In this document: positions 10,665 through 23,800 of the stretch, piece by piece | Numbering within the stretch: position 1 is the first letter of the stretch | Layout: the number at the start of each line of letters is the position of its first letter | Source: the human T2T-CHM13v2.0 reference genome, Homo sapiens | Direction: 5' to 3' | Assembly: GCA_009914755.4 (NCBI GenBank) | Contig: CP068257.2 | Location: 160,001 to 224,000 of the forward strand | Length of the DNA: 64,000 bases | Position numbers and translations under genes: made by a program | Notes under the pieces: model-generated | What the model saw: the letters and a program-made list of their open reading frames with translations, nothing else | Databases searched by the model: none | Told to the model about the DNA's origin: nothing

Positions 10665-11030
10665 AGTCATGAATTGAGTGGATTTTAGTATACCTGTGGT
10701 TGTGCACATTCAATTTTAATTCGCAATCCATTTTAGAAGGTTTTATCACCCCCGACCAGAGAAACACCCTGTGGACAATAGTCACTCCTCATTCTGTCTC
10801 AAACCCTCTCCCTGACCCTCAGCCCTAGGTAACAACTGCATAGAGCGATCAACCCCATATGCATAGATTTCCATATTGTGGACAGTTCCTATAAACGGAA
10901 TTGCACAATACGTGAGCTTTTGTGACTGACATAACACTTTTAGCACAATATTTTCAAGATTCATCCACATTGCAGCCTTACCCACAGGGGGAAACCGCAT
11001 TTTGTGGTTTCAGTAACACCGGGTGTTTTC

Positions 11031-11120
11031 TCCTTCCTTCCGTCTTTCCTTCCTTCCTTCCTTCCTTCCTTCCTTCCTTCCTTCCTTCCTCCCTTCCTCC
11101 CTTCCTTCCTCCCTTCCTCC
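11031..11120 (+). repeat. (TTCC)n microsatellite, unit 1.
   Basis: Same tract. Length differs slightly between units. Confidence 0.9.
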
Positions 11121-11855
11121 CATTTCTCTCTTATTCCTTCTGCCCTCTCTCTTTCATATGCCTTAGGTGCATCCTACGTCCTGCGTCTTTTTGGGGAATC
11201 CTCGACAGGTGCTGGAAAATTGTGTTATTGTAATTATTTACCGGTATCTCTCTTTCATGGTTCTCCATCAGTTGTAAGCATCTATTGGTTTATCCCAGGT
11301 CACTAAGTATATTTTAATTAGCTACACCTGTTTTTCTTTATACACCTGTTTCTGGAGTATAGGGTCGCATACTCATAAACCCAGTGTAACTCAGAAACGC
11401 ATCTAATATTCCAATAGACCCATCATAACGTTGAAAAATCATAAATCAAACCAACTTAAGTCACGATTTGGCGCTGGATATGGGCTCCATCAATTCCATT
11501 GTATTCAATAATGCTGTACACCATTAACAATGGCAGACTGATTGGGCGTGGATGTGGATAACATTATAAAAATCAGTTATTAGAGGGATACTTTAACCTG
11601 ACGGAAGAGCTGATCTAATGGTATTAGTACAGTGATGATTATGTGAGATGTTTTGAGACAGAGTAGTACATTTGTGTATGAGATTCTGTGGCTTTTTTCA
11701 CTTAGTAGGAACCTTTGTGTGTGGAAAACTGAGAAAATTGCTTTGTGCTGTAGAGTCTGGCATTCGTTGTAGATTAAAGCTTATTTTTCTGGATGTAAAT
11801 CTTATTCAATAAAATACTACTCTTTATAATAAAAAACAAAGACACTGGTGATGTG

Positions 11856-12136
11856 AAGTCATTATCCTCAGCAAACTAATCCAGGAACAGAAAACCAAAC
11901 GCCACATTCTCACTTATAATGGGAGCTGAAAAATGGGATCACGTGGACACAGGAAGGGGAACAACACACACTGGGGCCTTTCGGGAGGCAGAGCGTTAAG
12001 AAAAACAGCTACCGCATGCTGGGCTTAATACCTAGGTGATGGGTTGACAGGTGCAGCAAACCACCGTGGCACACGTTTACCTTAGTAACAAATCTGCACA
12101 GCCTGCCCATATATTCCAGAACTTAGAAACGAAACG
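11856..12136 (+). mobile_element. L1 3'-end fragment, unit 1 copy.
   Basis: Same sequence at +7436. Confidence 0.75.
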
Positions 12137-13348
12137 AAAGCAAAGAAAACGAGAAAGCGATAGCAAAACGCTAACGGCGAAACAGAGTTTCAAACTCAGA
12201 AAGTGAGAGACCAATGTTTGGTTCAAATCATGGTTCTCAACCCAGGTGCCATAAGGTCAGGATAAAGAATTTGATGACGTATTGTAAATAAGACATGCAG
12301 CGGAGGACCAGAAAAATCGTTCTCAACATACGTGTGGCTTCGAGTTCAACGGTGACGCTATCTACAGTGACATAGCATTAGATTCCAAAGGGCCGAGTCC
12401 CGCAAGACTGGCCTCCCACACTAATAATAATGGGAAGCGCTACGTTGCTTTCCCTGTGCTTCTCAGCAACTGGCTATAAATCAGGTTTCCACCACTCCCA
12501 GTTTTAGTTGCATTCATTTGCTGGAAGAGCTCACAGCACGCAGGGAAACACTGACATTTCCCATTTTTTGTATTTTAGCAGATATTGCAAAAACTTCAGA
12601 AAAAACTTTTGGGCCCGGCATGTGGGGAGGGGCTCACTGCCTTCCAGGAAGTGTTATCCAGAAGCTCTCTAAACCCAGTCCTTTTGGGTTTTTATGGAGA
12701 CCTCATTCTATAGGCATGATGGGTTAAACCATAGGCTATTGGTGATCAACTCAACCTGGGGCTCTCAACCCTCCCTGGAAATTGGGGTTGAGGCTTTGCC
12801 ATTCTCAGTCTGAGTAAAAGAATTTACGCAAACGGAATTTTAAAACAGATTAGCATATCTGGAAACTTAACTAGATGACGGAATTATCTGGAGCCACACC
12901 TTGATATTCCTAACCCGAGCACCCTCATCCAAAGAATGCTCCACCCAACTGGCTCCCAAGTCTCTACGGGGTTCCAGAGCAAAAGAATGTTTATACAGCG
13001 CATATCTCCACCTTTTCTTCAAAGTCTTTTCGCTTACACGGAAAGACTTCTTCAACTGCCATGCATCAGGGTCAGGGGGAGGTCTTGTTACAACACAGAT
13101 CTGCGGATCTCCGGGGCTTGATTGTGGCAAGGATGCTGCTGGTGTCAAAACCACAACGTGGGAACCACAGAACCACTAGTTGGTTTTCAGTGTTTCAGTG
13201 CATACAATTCCTAATATATCTGGCCAAGAAAACTTGTAAGTTCTTAGATTGTCCGAAAGGTGGCGCATGAAATCAAATAAGGAGAACAGTTTCCTACGAG
13301 GTGTAGCCTGGGAACCTTGGGGGTGACTGATGGAAAGGAGGAGTGAAG

Positions 13349-13421
13349 CTCCGCCCTTTCCGCTGCGAGGCTGCGCCCGAGGCTATTTAAACCCACCCTG
13401 GCTGGCCTGTACTCAGATCTT
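13349..13421 (+). promoter_or_regulatory. Core promoter of unit 2 (TATTTAAA at 13384-13391).
   Basis: Identical GC box, TATA box and Inr arrangement 351 bp upstream of ATG 13735. Confidence 0.55.
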
Positions 13422-13600
13422 CGCAGAGCGGAGCAGCGGCCGGAGCGTTTGGCGGACTCTGCGTGGACTTGGAGCTCACAGCGTCTTGCGACTTGGAAGC
13501 GGATTCAGAGGACAGGACAGAACACTTGGGCAAGTGAATCTCTGTCTGTCTGTCTGTCTCATTGGTTGGTTTATTTCCATTTTCTTAAGGAGCACATACC

Positions 13601-13673
13601 TCACACCACACACACACAAACACACACACACACACGCACGCACTCACGCACACACACACGCACACACACACAC
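13601..13673 (+). repeat. (CA)n/(CACG)n 5'UTR microsatellite, unit 2.
   Basis: Same tract. Confidence 0.9.
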
Positions 13674-13734
13674 TAATTCATTCTGCGGGTTAGGAAATTA
13701 GTAGGGGTCTCTGGGAGCTGCAGGTTTCCTAATC

Positions 13735-16700
13735 ATGTCTGCATCTAAGAACACTAGGGTCTTGTCTGGCTCTTCTTATGAACGGTCCCCCAGCCCGGAC
13801 TCCCCAAGATCCATGCTAGCCTCACCCAGCTTCTCCCTCTCCCCTCTCAGAAACTCAGACTTAAGAGGAAGCTCCTCACCAGGGATCCGGAGCTACCATT
13901 CACCATCCCCTAGGGCTTCACCACACTCACCTCTGTCATCACCAGTATCCCACAATCTCCCATTTCCCTGTCCTATCCGTGATGGACAATCCATGAAGCC
14001 ATTGGGCTCTCCCGTGTCCTCCTCTGAGGATTCTACAGAGTCACCACGTTCATCAGTAATATACCACATGTTCCTACTGCCATCACCCAGCAGCTCACCC
14101 CCAGCTCTCTGGGAGTCTCCTGGGTCTCCCAGCTACTCTCCAAACAACCCCAGATTTCAGCTGGAGTCAGCCCCCCACACCCAGGAATCACCTGCAAACT
14201 CACGAGCCTCACGGTGCTCCTCCCCTATGTCTTTCATCTCTTCACCCCCAGGCCTCAGGGACTCTCCTGTGGCTCCCAGTTACTCTCAAGCCATCCCCAT
14301 GTTCCTGCGGGAGTCAGCCCCATGCACTCAGGAGTCCCCCAGAGACTCACAGGTCTCGGGAGAATATGAGCGCTCCCACAGCCCTGACTCCTCAAGATTC
14401 ATGCCTGCCTCACCCAGCATCTACCTCTCCCCTCCCAGGAACTCAGACCCAAGGGGCAGCTCCTCACAAGGGATGTGGAAGTAATCTACATCATCCCGCA
14501 GGGCTTCACCACTCTCACATCCGTCATCGGCAGAATTCCACAACTTTACATTTCCCTTTCCTAACCAAGCAGGACAATCACTCATGTCATTGTGTTCTCC
14601 CGTGTCCTCCTCTGGAGATTCCTCACAGTCACCCCATTCATCAATAATATACCATGTGTTCTTACTGCCATCATCCAGCAGCTCACCCCCAGCCACCAAT
14701 GACTCTCCTGTCTGTCCCAGCTACTCTCCAACTACGCCCAGATTTCAGCGGGCGTCGGTATCCAACACCCCAGAAACACCTACAAACTCACAGACCTCAG
14801 TGAGATCCTCGCCAGTCTCTCTCACGTCTTCACCCCCAGGCCTTACGGACCCTCCAGTCTCTCCCAGCTACTATCCAACCACGCGCACATTTCAGCGCGG
14901 GTCAGATCCAGGAACCCAGGGAGCACCACCAAGCCCACCACTTTCACTGTGTTACTCCCCAGTCTCAAGCACGTCTTTATCTCCAACCCTCAGGGACTCT
15001 CCTGTCTGTCCCAGCTATTCTCCAACCACGCCCACGTTTCAGCGGGAGTCCGTTGCAGGCACCCAGCAATCACCACCAAACTCACCAATTTCACTCAATT
15101 ACTCTCCAGTCTCTCTCATGTCTTCACCAGCCCTCAGGGACTCTCCCATTTGTCCCAGCTACTCTCCAACCACGCCCAGATTTCAGCTGGAAGCAGTTCC
15201 TTGCACCCAGGAATCACCACCAAACTCACCAATTTCACTCAATTACTCCCCAGTCTCTCTCATGTCTTCACCATCCCTCAGGGACTCTCCCGTCTGTCTC
15301 AGCTACTCTCCAACCACGCCCACATTTCAGCTGGAGTACCTTCGAGGCACCCCGGAGTCACCACCAAACTCACCAATTTCACTCAATTACTCTCCAGTCT
15401 CTCTCATGTCTCCACCAGCCCTCAGGGACTCTCCCGACTGTCCCAGCTACTCCCCAACAACGCCCAGATTTCAGCTGGAAGCAGTTCCTTGCTCCCCAGA
15501 ATCAACACCAAACTCACCAATTTCACTCAATTACTCTCCAGTCTCTCTCATGTCTTCACCAGCCATCAGGGACTCTCCTGTCTGTCCCAGCTACTCTACA
15601 ACCACGCCCACATTTCAGCTGGAGTCCGTTCGAGACACCCCGGAGTCACCACCAAACTCACCAATTTCACTCAATTACACTCCAGTCTCTCTCATGTCTT
15701 CACCAGCCATCAGGGACTCTCCCGTCTGTCCCAGCTACTCTCCAAAGACGCCCACATTTCAGCTGGAGTCTGTTCCAGGCACCCTGGAGTCACCACCAAA
15801 CTCACCAATTTCACTCAATTACTCTCCAGTCTCTCTCATGTCTTCACCAGCCCTCAGGGACCCTCCTGTCTGTCCCAGCTACTCTCCAACCACCCCCAGA
15901 TTTCAGCTGGAGTCAGTTCCAGGCACCCCGGAGTCACCACCAAACTCACCAGTTTCACTGAGTTACTCCCCGGTCTCTCTCATGTCTTCACCGCCAGCCC
16001 TCAGGGACTCTCCTGTGTGTCCCAGCTACTCTCCAACCACGCCCACATTTCAGCTGGAGTCAGTTCCAGGCACCCCGGAGTCACCACCAAACTCACCAAT
16101 TTCACTCAATTACTCTCCAGTCTCTCTCATGTCTTCACCAGCCCTCAGCGACTCTCCTGTCTGTCCCAGCTACTCTCCAACCACGCCCAGATTTCAGCTG
16201 GAAGCAGTTCCTTGCACCCCAGAATCACCTCCAAACTCACCAATTTCACTCAATTACTCTCTAGTCTCTCTCATGTCTTCACCAGTCCTCAGGGACCCTC
16301 CTGTCTGTCCCAGCTACTCTCCATCCACCCCCAGATTTCAGTTGGAGTCAGTTCCAGGCACCGCGGAGTCACCACCAAACTCACCAGTTTCACTGAGTTA
16401 CTCCCCGTTCTCTCTCATGTCTTCACCGCCAGCCCTCAGGGACTCTCCTGTTTGTCCCCGCTACTCTCCAACCACGCCCACATTCCAGCTGGAGTCACTT
16501 GCAGGCACCCAGGAATTACCTACAAACTCAGCAGTTTCACTGAGTTACTCCCCAGTCTCTCTCATGTCTTCACCCCCAGCCCCCTGGGACTCTCCTGTCT
16601 GTCCCAGCTCCTCTCCCACCACGCCCAGATTTCAGAGGGAGTCAGCCTCCCACACTCCGGAATCACCTACAGACTCACAGACTTCACGGAGGTCCTCCCT

Positions 16701-17580
16701 GGTCTCTCTCAGGTCTTTGCCCTCAGCCCACAGGGACTCTTGTGTCTCTTTCAGCTACTCTCGAAACTTCTCTAGATTCCAGCTGGACTCAGTTCCAGGC
16801 ACCCACGACACACCACCAAACTCACGAATTTCACTGACTTACTCCCCAGTCTCTCTCATGTTCTCACCCCCAGCCCTCAGGGACTCTTCTGTCTCTCTCA
16901 GCTACTCTCCAGCCATCTCCACATCACACCTGGGGTCAGCTCCCCACACCCAGGAATCACCTACAAACTCACGGACCTTACTGCAACCCTCCCCCATTTC
17001 TTTCACCTCTTCAACCCCTGCTTTCAGGGACTCTCCTGTGTCTCCCAGCTTCTCTCCAGCCTTCCCCAGATTTCTGCCACAGTCAGCCCCAGGCACCCAG
17101 GGTTACCCTGGACACTCACAGGCCTCACGAGACTATTTCCCAATGACTTGTATCTATAGAGGGATGGCTCCCATACTTCCCTCGGTGACCTCAAACCCAT
17201 CTCCACTTACACTCAGACACTCCCAGGGCCTGACAGCTACTCCCCGTTATTGTCCTTCAGCTCGAAGCCCTGACCCATCTACTAGCCAACATGATGCAGC
17301 TACCTGGCCATGTCTCCACATTTCTGGGGAGGGCCCCACACCCAGCCGCAGAAGAGCCCCTCCTGCATTCCGTCCTCACACACAGGCCTGTCCATCCACT
17401 TGCTACTGTCACACTCTTGCCAGCAGAGGAGGCCCCTGTAATGGCCGATATCACCGCCCAGTCTATCCTCACCCCACAGCTGTGCAGCGGGACCCTCCTG
17501 CTGGCCCACGTGGCTGCCACAGCCCATGCTGGCACGACGCTCCAGCATGTCGGCGTCCCTGCGGGCCACGCTACCGCTGA
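13735..17580 (+). pseudogene. Unit 2 gene copy with a single in-frame TAA at 14482-14484 (aag-tac becomes aag-taa). The rest is open in frame.
   Basis: ORF track: 13735..14484 (249 aa), then 14584..17580 (998 aa), both frame 1. The sequence shows ggatgtggaagtaatctacatc where intact copies have …gtactctacatc. Confidence 0.6.
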
Positions 17581-17806
17581 CATGGCTAGCATCACCCTCC
17601 TTCCTGGCAGTGACACTGCTGATTTGAACCCCAGTTTCACAGCTGTCATTTGTAAATAGGACCATTTTCCCTTTTCTCTCTCCCTTCCATTCACAGGGCT
17701 TCTCATTCCCTCTGTTTCTGCCTCCGTTTCAGAGATTTACTCACCTTTTTCTCTCTCACTATGTCTGCCGTGGTCTCCATAAGAGTGTGCCACATACAAT
17801 TGCCCC

Positions 17807-17812
17807 ATTAAA
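17807..17812 (+). terminator. Poly(A) signal ATTAAA (unit 2).
   Basis: Same hexamer, stop+227. Confidence 0.5.
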
Positions 17813-18178
17813 AGTCATGAATTGAGTGGATTTTAGTATACCTGTGGTTGGGCACATTCAATTTTAATTCGCAATCCATTTTAGAAGGTTTTATCACCCC
17901 CGACCAGAGAAACACCCTGTGGACATTAGTCACTCCTCATTCTGTCTCAAACCCTCTCCCTGACCCTCAGCCCTAGGTAACAACTGCATAGAGCGATCAA
18001 CCCCATATGCATAGATTTCCATATTGTGGACAGTTCCTATAAACGGAATTGCACAATACGTGAGCTTTTGTGACTGACATAACACTTTTAGCACAATATT
18101 TTCAAGATTCATCCACATTGCAGCCTTACCCACAGGGGGAAACCGCATTTTGTGGTTTCAGTAACACCGGGTGTTTTC

Positions 18179-18260
18179 TCCTTCCTTCCGTCTTTCCTTC
18201 CTTCCTTCCTTCCTTCCTTCCTTCCTTCCTCCCTTCCTCCCTTCCTTCCTCCCTTCCTCC
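18179..18260 (+). repeat. (TTCC)n microsatellite, unit 2.
   Basis: Same tract. Confidence 0.9.
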
Positions 18261-18995
18261 CATTTCTCTCTTATTCCTTCTGCCCTCTCTCTTTCATATG
18301 CCTTAGGTGCATCCTACGTCCTGCGTCTTTTTGGGGAATCCTCGACAGGTGCTGGAAAATTGTGTTATTGTAATTATTTACCGGTATCTCTCTTTCATGG
18401 TTCTCCATCAGTTGTAAGCATCTATTGGTTTATCCCAGGTCACTAAGTATATTTTAATTAGCTACACCTGTTTTTCTTTATACACCTGTTTCTGGAGTAT
18501 AGGGTCGCATACTCATAAACCCAGTGTAACTCAGAAACGCATCTAATATTCCAATAGACCCATCATAACGTTGAAAAATCATAAATCAAACCAACTTAAG
18601 TCACGATTTGGCGCTGGATATGGGCTCCATCAATTCCATTGTATTCAATAATGCTGTACACCATTAACAATGGCAGACTGATTGGGCGTGGATGTGGATA
18701 ACATTATAAAAATCAGTTATTAGAGGGATACTTTAACCTGACGGAAGAGCTGATCTAATGGTATTAGTACAGTGATGATTATGTGAGATGTTTTGAGACA
18801 GAGTAGTACATTTGTGTATGAGATTCTGTGGCTTTTTTCACTTAGTAGGAACCTTTGTGTGTGGAAAACTGAGAAAATTGCTTTGTGCTGTAGAGTCTGG
18901 CATTCGTTGTAGATTAAAGCTTATTTTTCTGGATGTAAATCTTATTCAATAAAATACTACTCTTTATAATAAAAAACAAAGACACTGGTGATGTG

Positions 18996-19276
18996 AAGTC
19001 ATTATCCTCAGCAAACTAATCCAGGAACAGAAAACCAAACGCCACATTCTCACTTATAATGGGAGCTGAAAAATGGGATCACGTGGACACAGGAAGGGGA
19101 ACAACACACACTGGGGCCTTTCGGGAGGCAGAGCGTTAAGAAAAACAGCTACCGCATGCTGGGCTTAATACCTAGGTGATGGGTTGACAGGTGCAGCAAA
19201 CCACCGTGGCACACGTTTACCTTAGTAACAAATCTGCACAGCCTGCCCATATATTCCAGAACTTAGAAACGAAACG
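18996..19276 (+). mobile_element. L1 3'-end fragment, unit 2 copy.
   Basis: Same sequence. Confidence 0.75.
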
Positions 19277-20488
19277 AAAGCAAAGAAAACGAGAAAGCGA
19301 TAGCAAAACGCTAACGGCGAAACAGAGTTTCAAACTCAGAAAGTGAGAGACCAATGTTTGGTTCAAATCATGGTTCTCAACCCAGGTGCCATAAGGTCAG
19401 GATAAAGAATTTGATGACGTATTGTAAATAAGACATGCAGCGGAGGACCAGAAAAATCGTTCTCAACATACGTGTGGCTTCGAGTTCAACGGTGACGCTA
19501 TCTACAGTGACATAGCATTAGATTCCAAAGGGCCGAGTCCCGCAAGACTGGCCTCCCACACTAATAATAATGGGAAGCGCTACGTTGCTTTACCTGTGCT
19601 TCTCAGCAACTGGCTATAAATCAGGTTTCCACCACTCCCAGTTTTAGTTGCATTCATTTGCTGGAAGAGCTCACAGCACGCAGGGAAACACTGACATTTC
19701 CCATTTTTTGTATTTTAGCAGATATTGCAAAAACTTCAGAAAAAACTTTTGGGCCCGGCATGTGGGGAGGGGCTCACTGCCTTCCAGGAAGTGTTATCCA
19801 GAAGCTCTCTAAACCCAGTCCTTTTGGGTTTTTATGGAGACCTCATTCTATAGGCATGATGGGTTAAACCATAGGCTATTGGTGATCAACTCAACCTGGG
19901 GCTCTCAACCCTCCCTGGAAATTGGGGTTGAGGCTTTGCCATTCTCAGTCTGAGTAAAAGAATTTACGCAAACGGAATTTTAAAACAGATTAGCATATCT
20001 GGAAACTTAACTAGATGACGGAATTATCTGGAGCCACACCTTGATATTCCTAACCCGAGCACCCTCATCCAAAGAATGCTCCACCCAACTGGCTCCCAAG
20101 TCTCTACGGGGTTCCAGAGCAAAAGAATGTTTATACAGCGCATATCTCCACCTTTTCTTCAAAGTCTTTTCGCTTACACGGAAAGACTTCTTCAACTGCC
20201 ATGCATCAGGGTCAGGGGGAGGTCTTGTTACAACACAGATCTGCGGATCTCCGGGGCTTGATTGTGGCAAGGATGCTGCTGGTGTCAAAACCACAACGTG
20301 GGAACCACAGAACCACTAGTTGGTTTTCAGTGTTTCAGTGCATACAATTCCTAATATATCTGGCCAAGAAAACTTGTAAGTTCTTAGATTGTCCGAAAGG
20401 TGGCGCATGAAATCAAATCAGGAGAACAGTTTCCTACGAGGTGTAGCCTGGGAACCTTGGGGGTGACTGATGGAAAGGAGGAGTGAAG

Positions 20489-20561
20489 CTCCGCCCTTTC
20501 CGCTGCGAGGCTGCGCCCGAGGCTATTTAAACCCACCCTGGCTGGCCTGTACTCAGATCTT
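20489..20561 (+). promoter_or_regulatory. Core promoter of unit 3 (TATTTAAA at 20524-20531).
   Basis: Same arrangement upstream of ATG 20875. Confidence 0.55.
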
Positions 20562-20740
20562 CGCAGAGCGGAGCAGCGGCCGGAGCGTTTGGCGGACTCT
20601 GCGTGGACTTGGAGCTCACAGCGTCTTGCGACTTGGAAGCGGATTCAGAGGACAGGACAGAACACTTGGGCAAGTGAATCTCTGTCTGTCTGTCTGTCTC
20701 ATTGGTTGGTTTATTTCCATTTTCTTAAGGAGCACATACC

Positions 20741-20813
20741 TCACACCACACACACACAAACACACACACACACACGCACGCACTCACGCACACACACACG
20801 CACACACACACAC
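20741..20813 (+). repeat. (CA)n/(CACG)n 5'UTR microsatellite, unit 3.
   Basis: Same tract. Confidence 0.9.
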
Positions 20814-20874
20814 TAATTCATTCTGCGGGTTAGGAAATTAGTAGGGGTCTCTGGGAGCTGCAGGTTTCCTAATC

Positions 20875-23800
20875 ATGTCTGCATCTAAGAACACTAGGGT
20901 CTTGTCTGGCTCTTCTTATGAACGGTCCCCCAGCCCGGACTCCCCAAGATCCATGCTAGCCTCACCCAGCTTCTCCCTCTCCCCTCTCAGAAACTCAGAC
21001 TTAAGAGGAAGCTCCTCACCAGGGATCCGGAGCTACCATTCACCATCCCCTAGGGCTTCACCACACTCACCTCTGTCATCACCAGTATCCCACAATCTCC
21101 CATTTCCCTGTCCTATCCGTGATGGACAATCCATGAAGCCATTGGGCTCTCCCGTGTCCTCCTCTGAGGATTCTACAGAGTCACCACGTTCATCAGTAAT
21201 ATACCACATGTTCCTACTGCCATCACCCAGCAGCTCACCCCCAGCTCTCTGGGAGTCTCCTGGGTCTCCCAGCTACTCTCCAAACAACCCCAGATTTCAG
21301 CTGGAGTCAGCCCCCCACACCCAGGAATCACCTGCAAACTCACGAGCCTCACGGTGCTCCTCCCCTATGTCTTTCATCTCTTCACCCCCAGGCCTCAGGG
21401 ACTCTCCTGTGGCTCCCAGTTACTCTCAAGCCATCCCCATGTTCCTGCGGGAGTCAGCCCCATGCACTCAGGAGTCCCCCAGAGACTCACAGGTCTCGGG
21501 AGAATATGAGCGCTCCCCCAGCCCTGACTCCTCAAGATTCATGCCTGCCTCACCCAGCATCTACCTCTCCCCTCCCAGGAACTCAGACCCAAGGGGCAGC
21601 TCCTCACAAGGGATGTGGAAGTACTCTACATCATCCCGCAGGGCTTCACCACTCTCACATCCGTCATCGGCAGAATTCCACAACTTTACATTTCCCTTTC
21701 CTAACCAAGCAGGACAATCACTCATGTCATTGTGTTCTCCCGTGTCCTCCTCTGGAGATTCCTCACAGTCACCCCATTCATCAATAATATACCATGTGTT
21801 CTTACTGCCATCATCCAGCAGCTCACCCCCAGCCACCAATGACTCTCCTGTCTGTCCCAGCTACTCTCCAACTACGCCCAGATTTCAGCGGGCGTCGGTA
21901 TCCAACACCCCAGAAACACCTACAAACTCACAGACCTCAGTGAGATCCTCGCCAGTCTCTCTCACGTCTTCACCCCCAGGCCTTACGGACCCTCCAGTCT
22001 CTCCCAGCTACTATCCAACCACGCGCACATTTCAGCGCGGGTCAGATCCAGGAACCCAGGGATCACCACCAAGCCCACCACTTTCACTGTGTTACTCCCC
22101 AGTCTCAAGCACGTCTTTATCTCCAACCCTCAGGGACTCTCCTGTCTGTCCCAGCTATTCTCCAACCACGCCCACGTTTCAGCGGGAGTCCGTTGCAGGC
22201 ACCCAGCAATCACCACCAAACTCACCAATTTCACTCAATTACTCTCCAGTCTCTCTCATGTCTTCACCAGCCCTCAGGGACTCTCCCATTTGTCCCAGCT
22301 ACTCTCCAACCACGCCCAGATTTCAGCTGGAAGCAGTTCCTTGCACCCAGGAATCACCACCAAACTCACCAATTTCACTCAATTACTCCCCAGTCTCTCT
22401 CATGTCTTCACCATCCCTCAGGGACTCTCCCGTCTGTCTCAGCTACTCTCCAACCACGCCCACATTTCAGCTGGAGTACCTTCGAGGCACCCCGGAGTCA
22501 CCACCAAACTCACCAATTTCACTCAATTACTCTCCAGTCTCTCTCATGTCTCCACCAGCCCTCAGGGACTCTCCCGACTGTCCCAGCTACTCCCCAACAA
22601 CGCCCAGATTTCAGCTGGAAGCAGTTCCTTGCTCCCCAGAATCAACACCAAACTCACCAATTTCACTCAATTACTCTCCAGTCTCTCTCATGTCTTCACC
22701 AGCCATCAGGGACTCTCCTGTCTGTCCCAGCTACTCTACAACCACGCCCACATTTCAGCTGGAGTCCGTTCGAGACACCCCGGAGTCACCACCAAACTCA
22801 CCAATTTCACTCAATTACACTCCAGTCTCTCTCATGTCTTCACCAGCCATCAGGGACTCTCCCGTCTGTCCCAGCTACTCTCCAAAGACGCCCACATTTC
22901 AGCTGGAGTCTGTTCCAGGCACCCTGGAGTCACCACCAAACTCACCAATTTCACTCAATTACTCTCCAGTCTCTCTCATGTCTTCACCAGCCCTCAGGGA
23001 CCCTCCTGTCTGTCCCAGCTACTCTCCAACCACCCCCAGATTTCAGCTGGAGTCAGTTCCAGGCACCCCGGAGTCACCACCAAACTCACCAGTTTCACTG
23101 AGTTACTCCCCGGTCTCTCTCATGTCTTCACCGCCAGCCCTCAGGGACTCTCCTGTGTGTCCCAGCTACTCTCCAACCACGCCCACATTTCAGCTGGAGT
23201 CAGTTCCAGGCACCCCGGAGTCACCACCAAACTCACCAATTTCACTCAATTACTCTCCAGTCTCTCTCATGTCTTCACCAGCCCTCAGCGACTCTCCTGT
23301 CTGTCCCAGCTACTCTCCAACCACGCCCAGATTTCAGCTGGAAGCAGTTCCTTGCACCCCAGAATCACCTCCAAACTCACCAATTTCACTCAATTACTCT
23401 CTAGTCTCTCTCATGTCTTCACCAGTCCTCAGGGACCCTCCTGTCTGTCCCAGCTACTCTCCATCCACCCCCAGATTTCAGTTGGAGTCAGTTCCAGGCA
23501 CCGCGGAGTCACCACCAAACTCACCAGTTTCACTGAGTTACTCCCCGTTCTCTCTCATGTCTTCACCGCCAGCCCTCAGGGACTCTCCTGTTTGTCCCCG
23601 CTACTCTCCAACCACGCCCACATTCCAGCTGGAGTCACTTGCAGGCACCCAGGAATTACCTACAAACTCAGCAGTTTCACTGAGTTACTCCCCAGTCTCT
23701 CTCATGTCTTCACCCCCAGCCCCCTGGGACTCTCCTGTCTGTCCCAGCTCCTCTCCCACCACGCCCAGATTTCAGAGGGAGTCAGCCTCCCACACTCCGG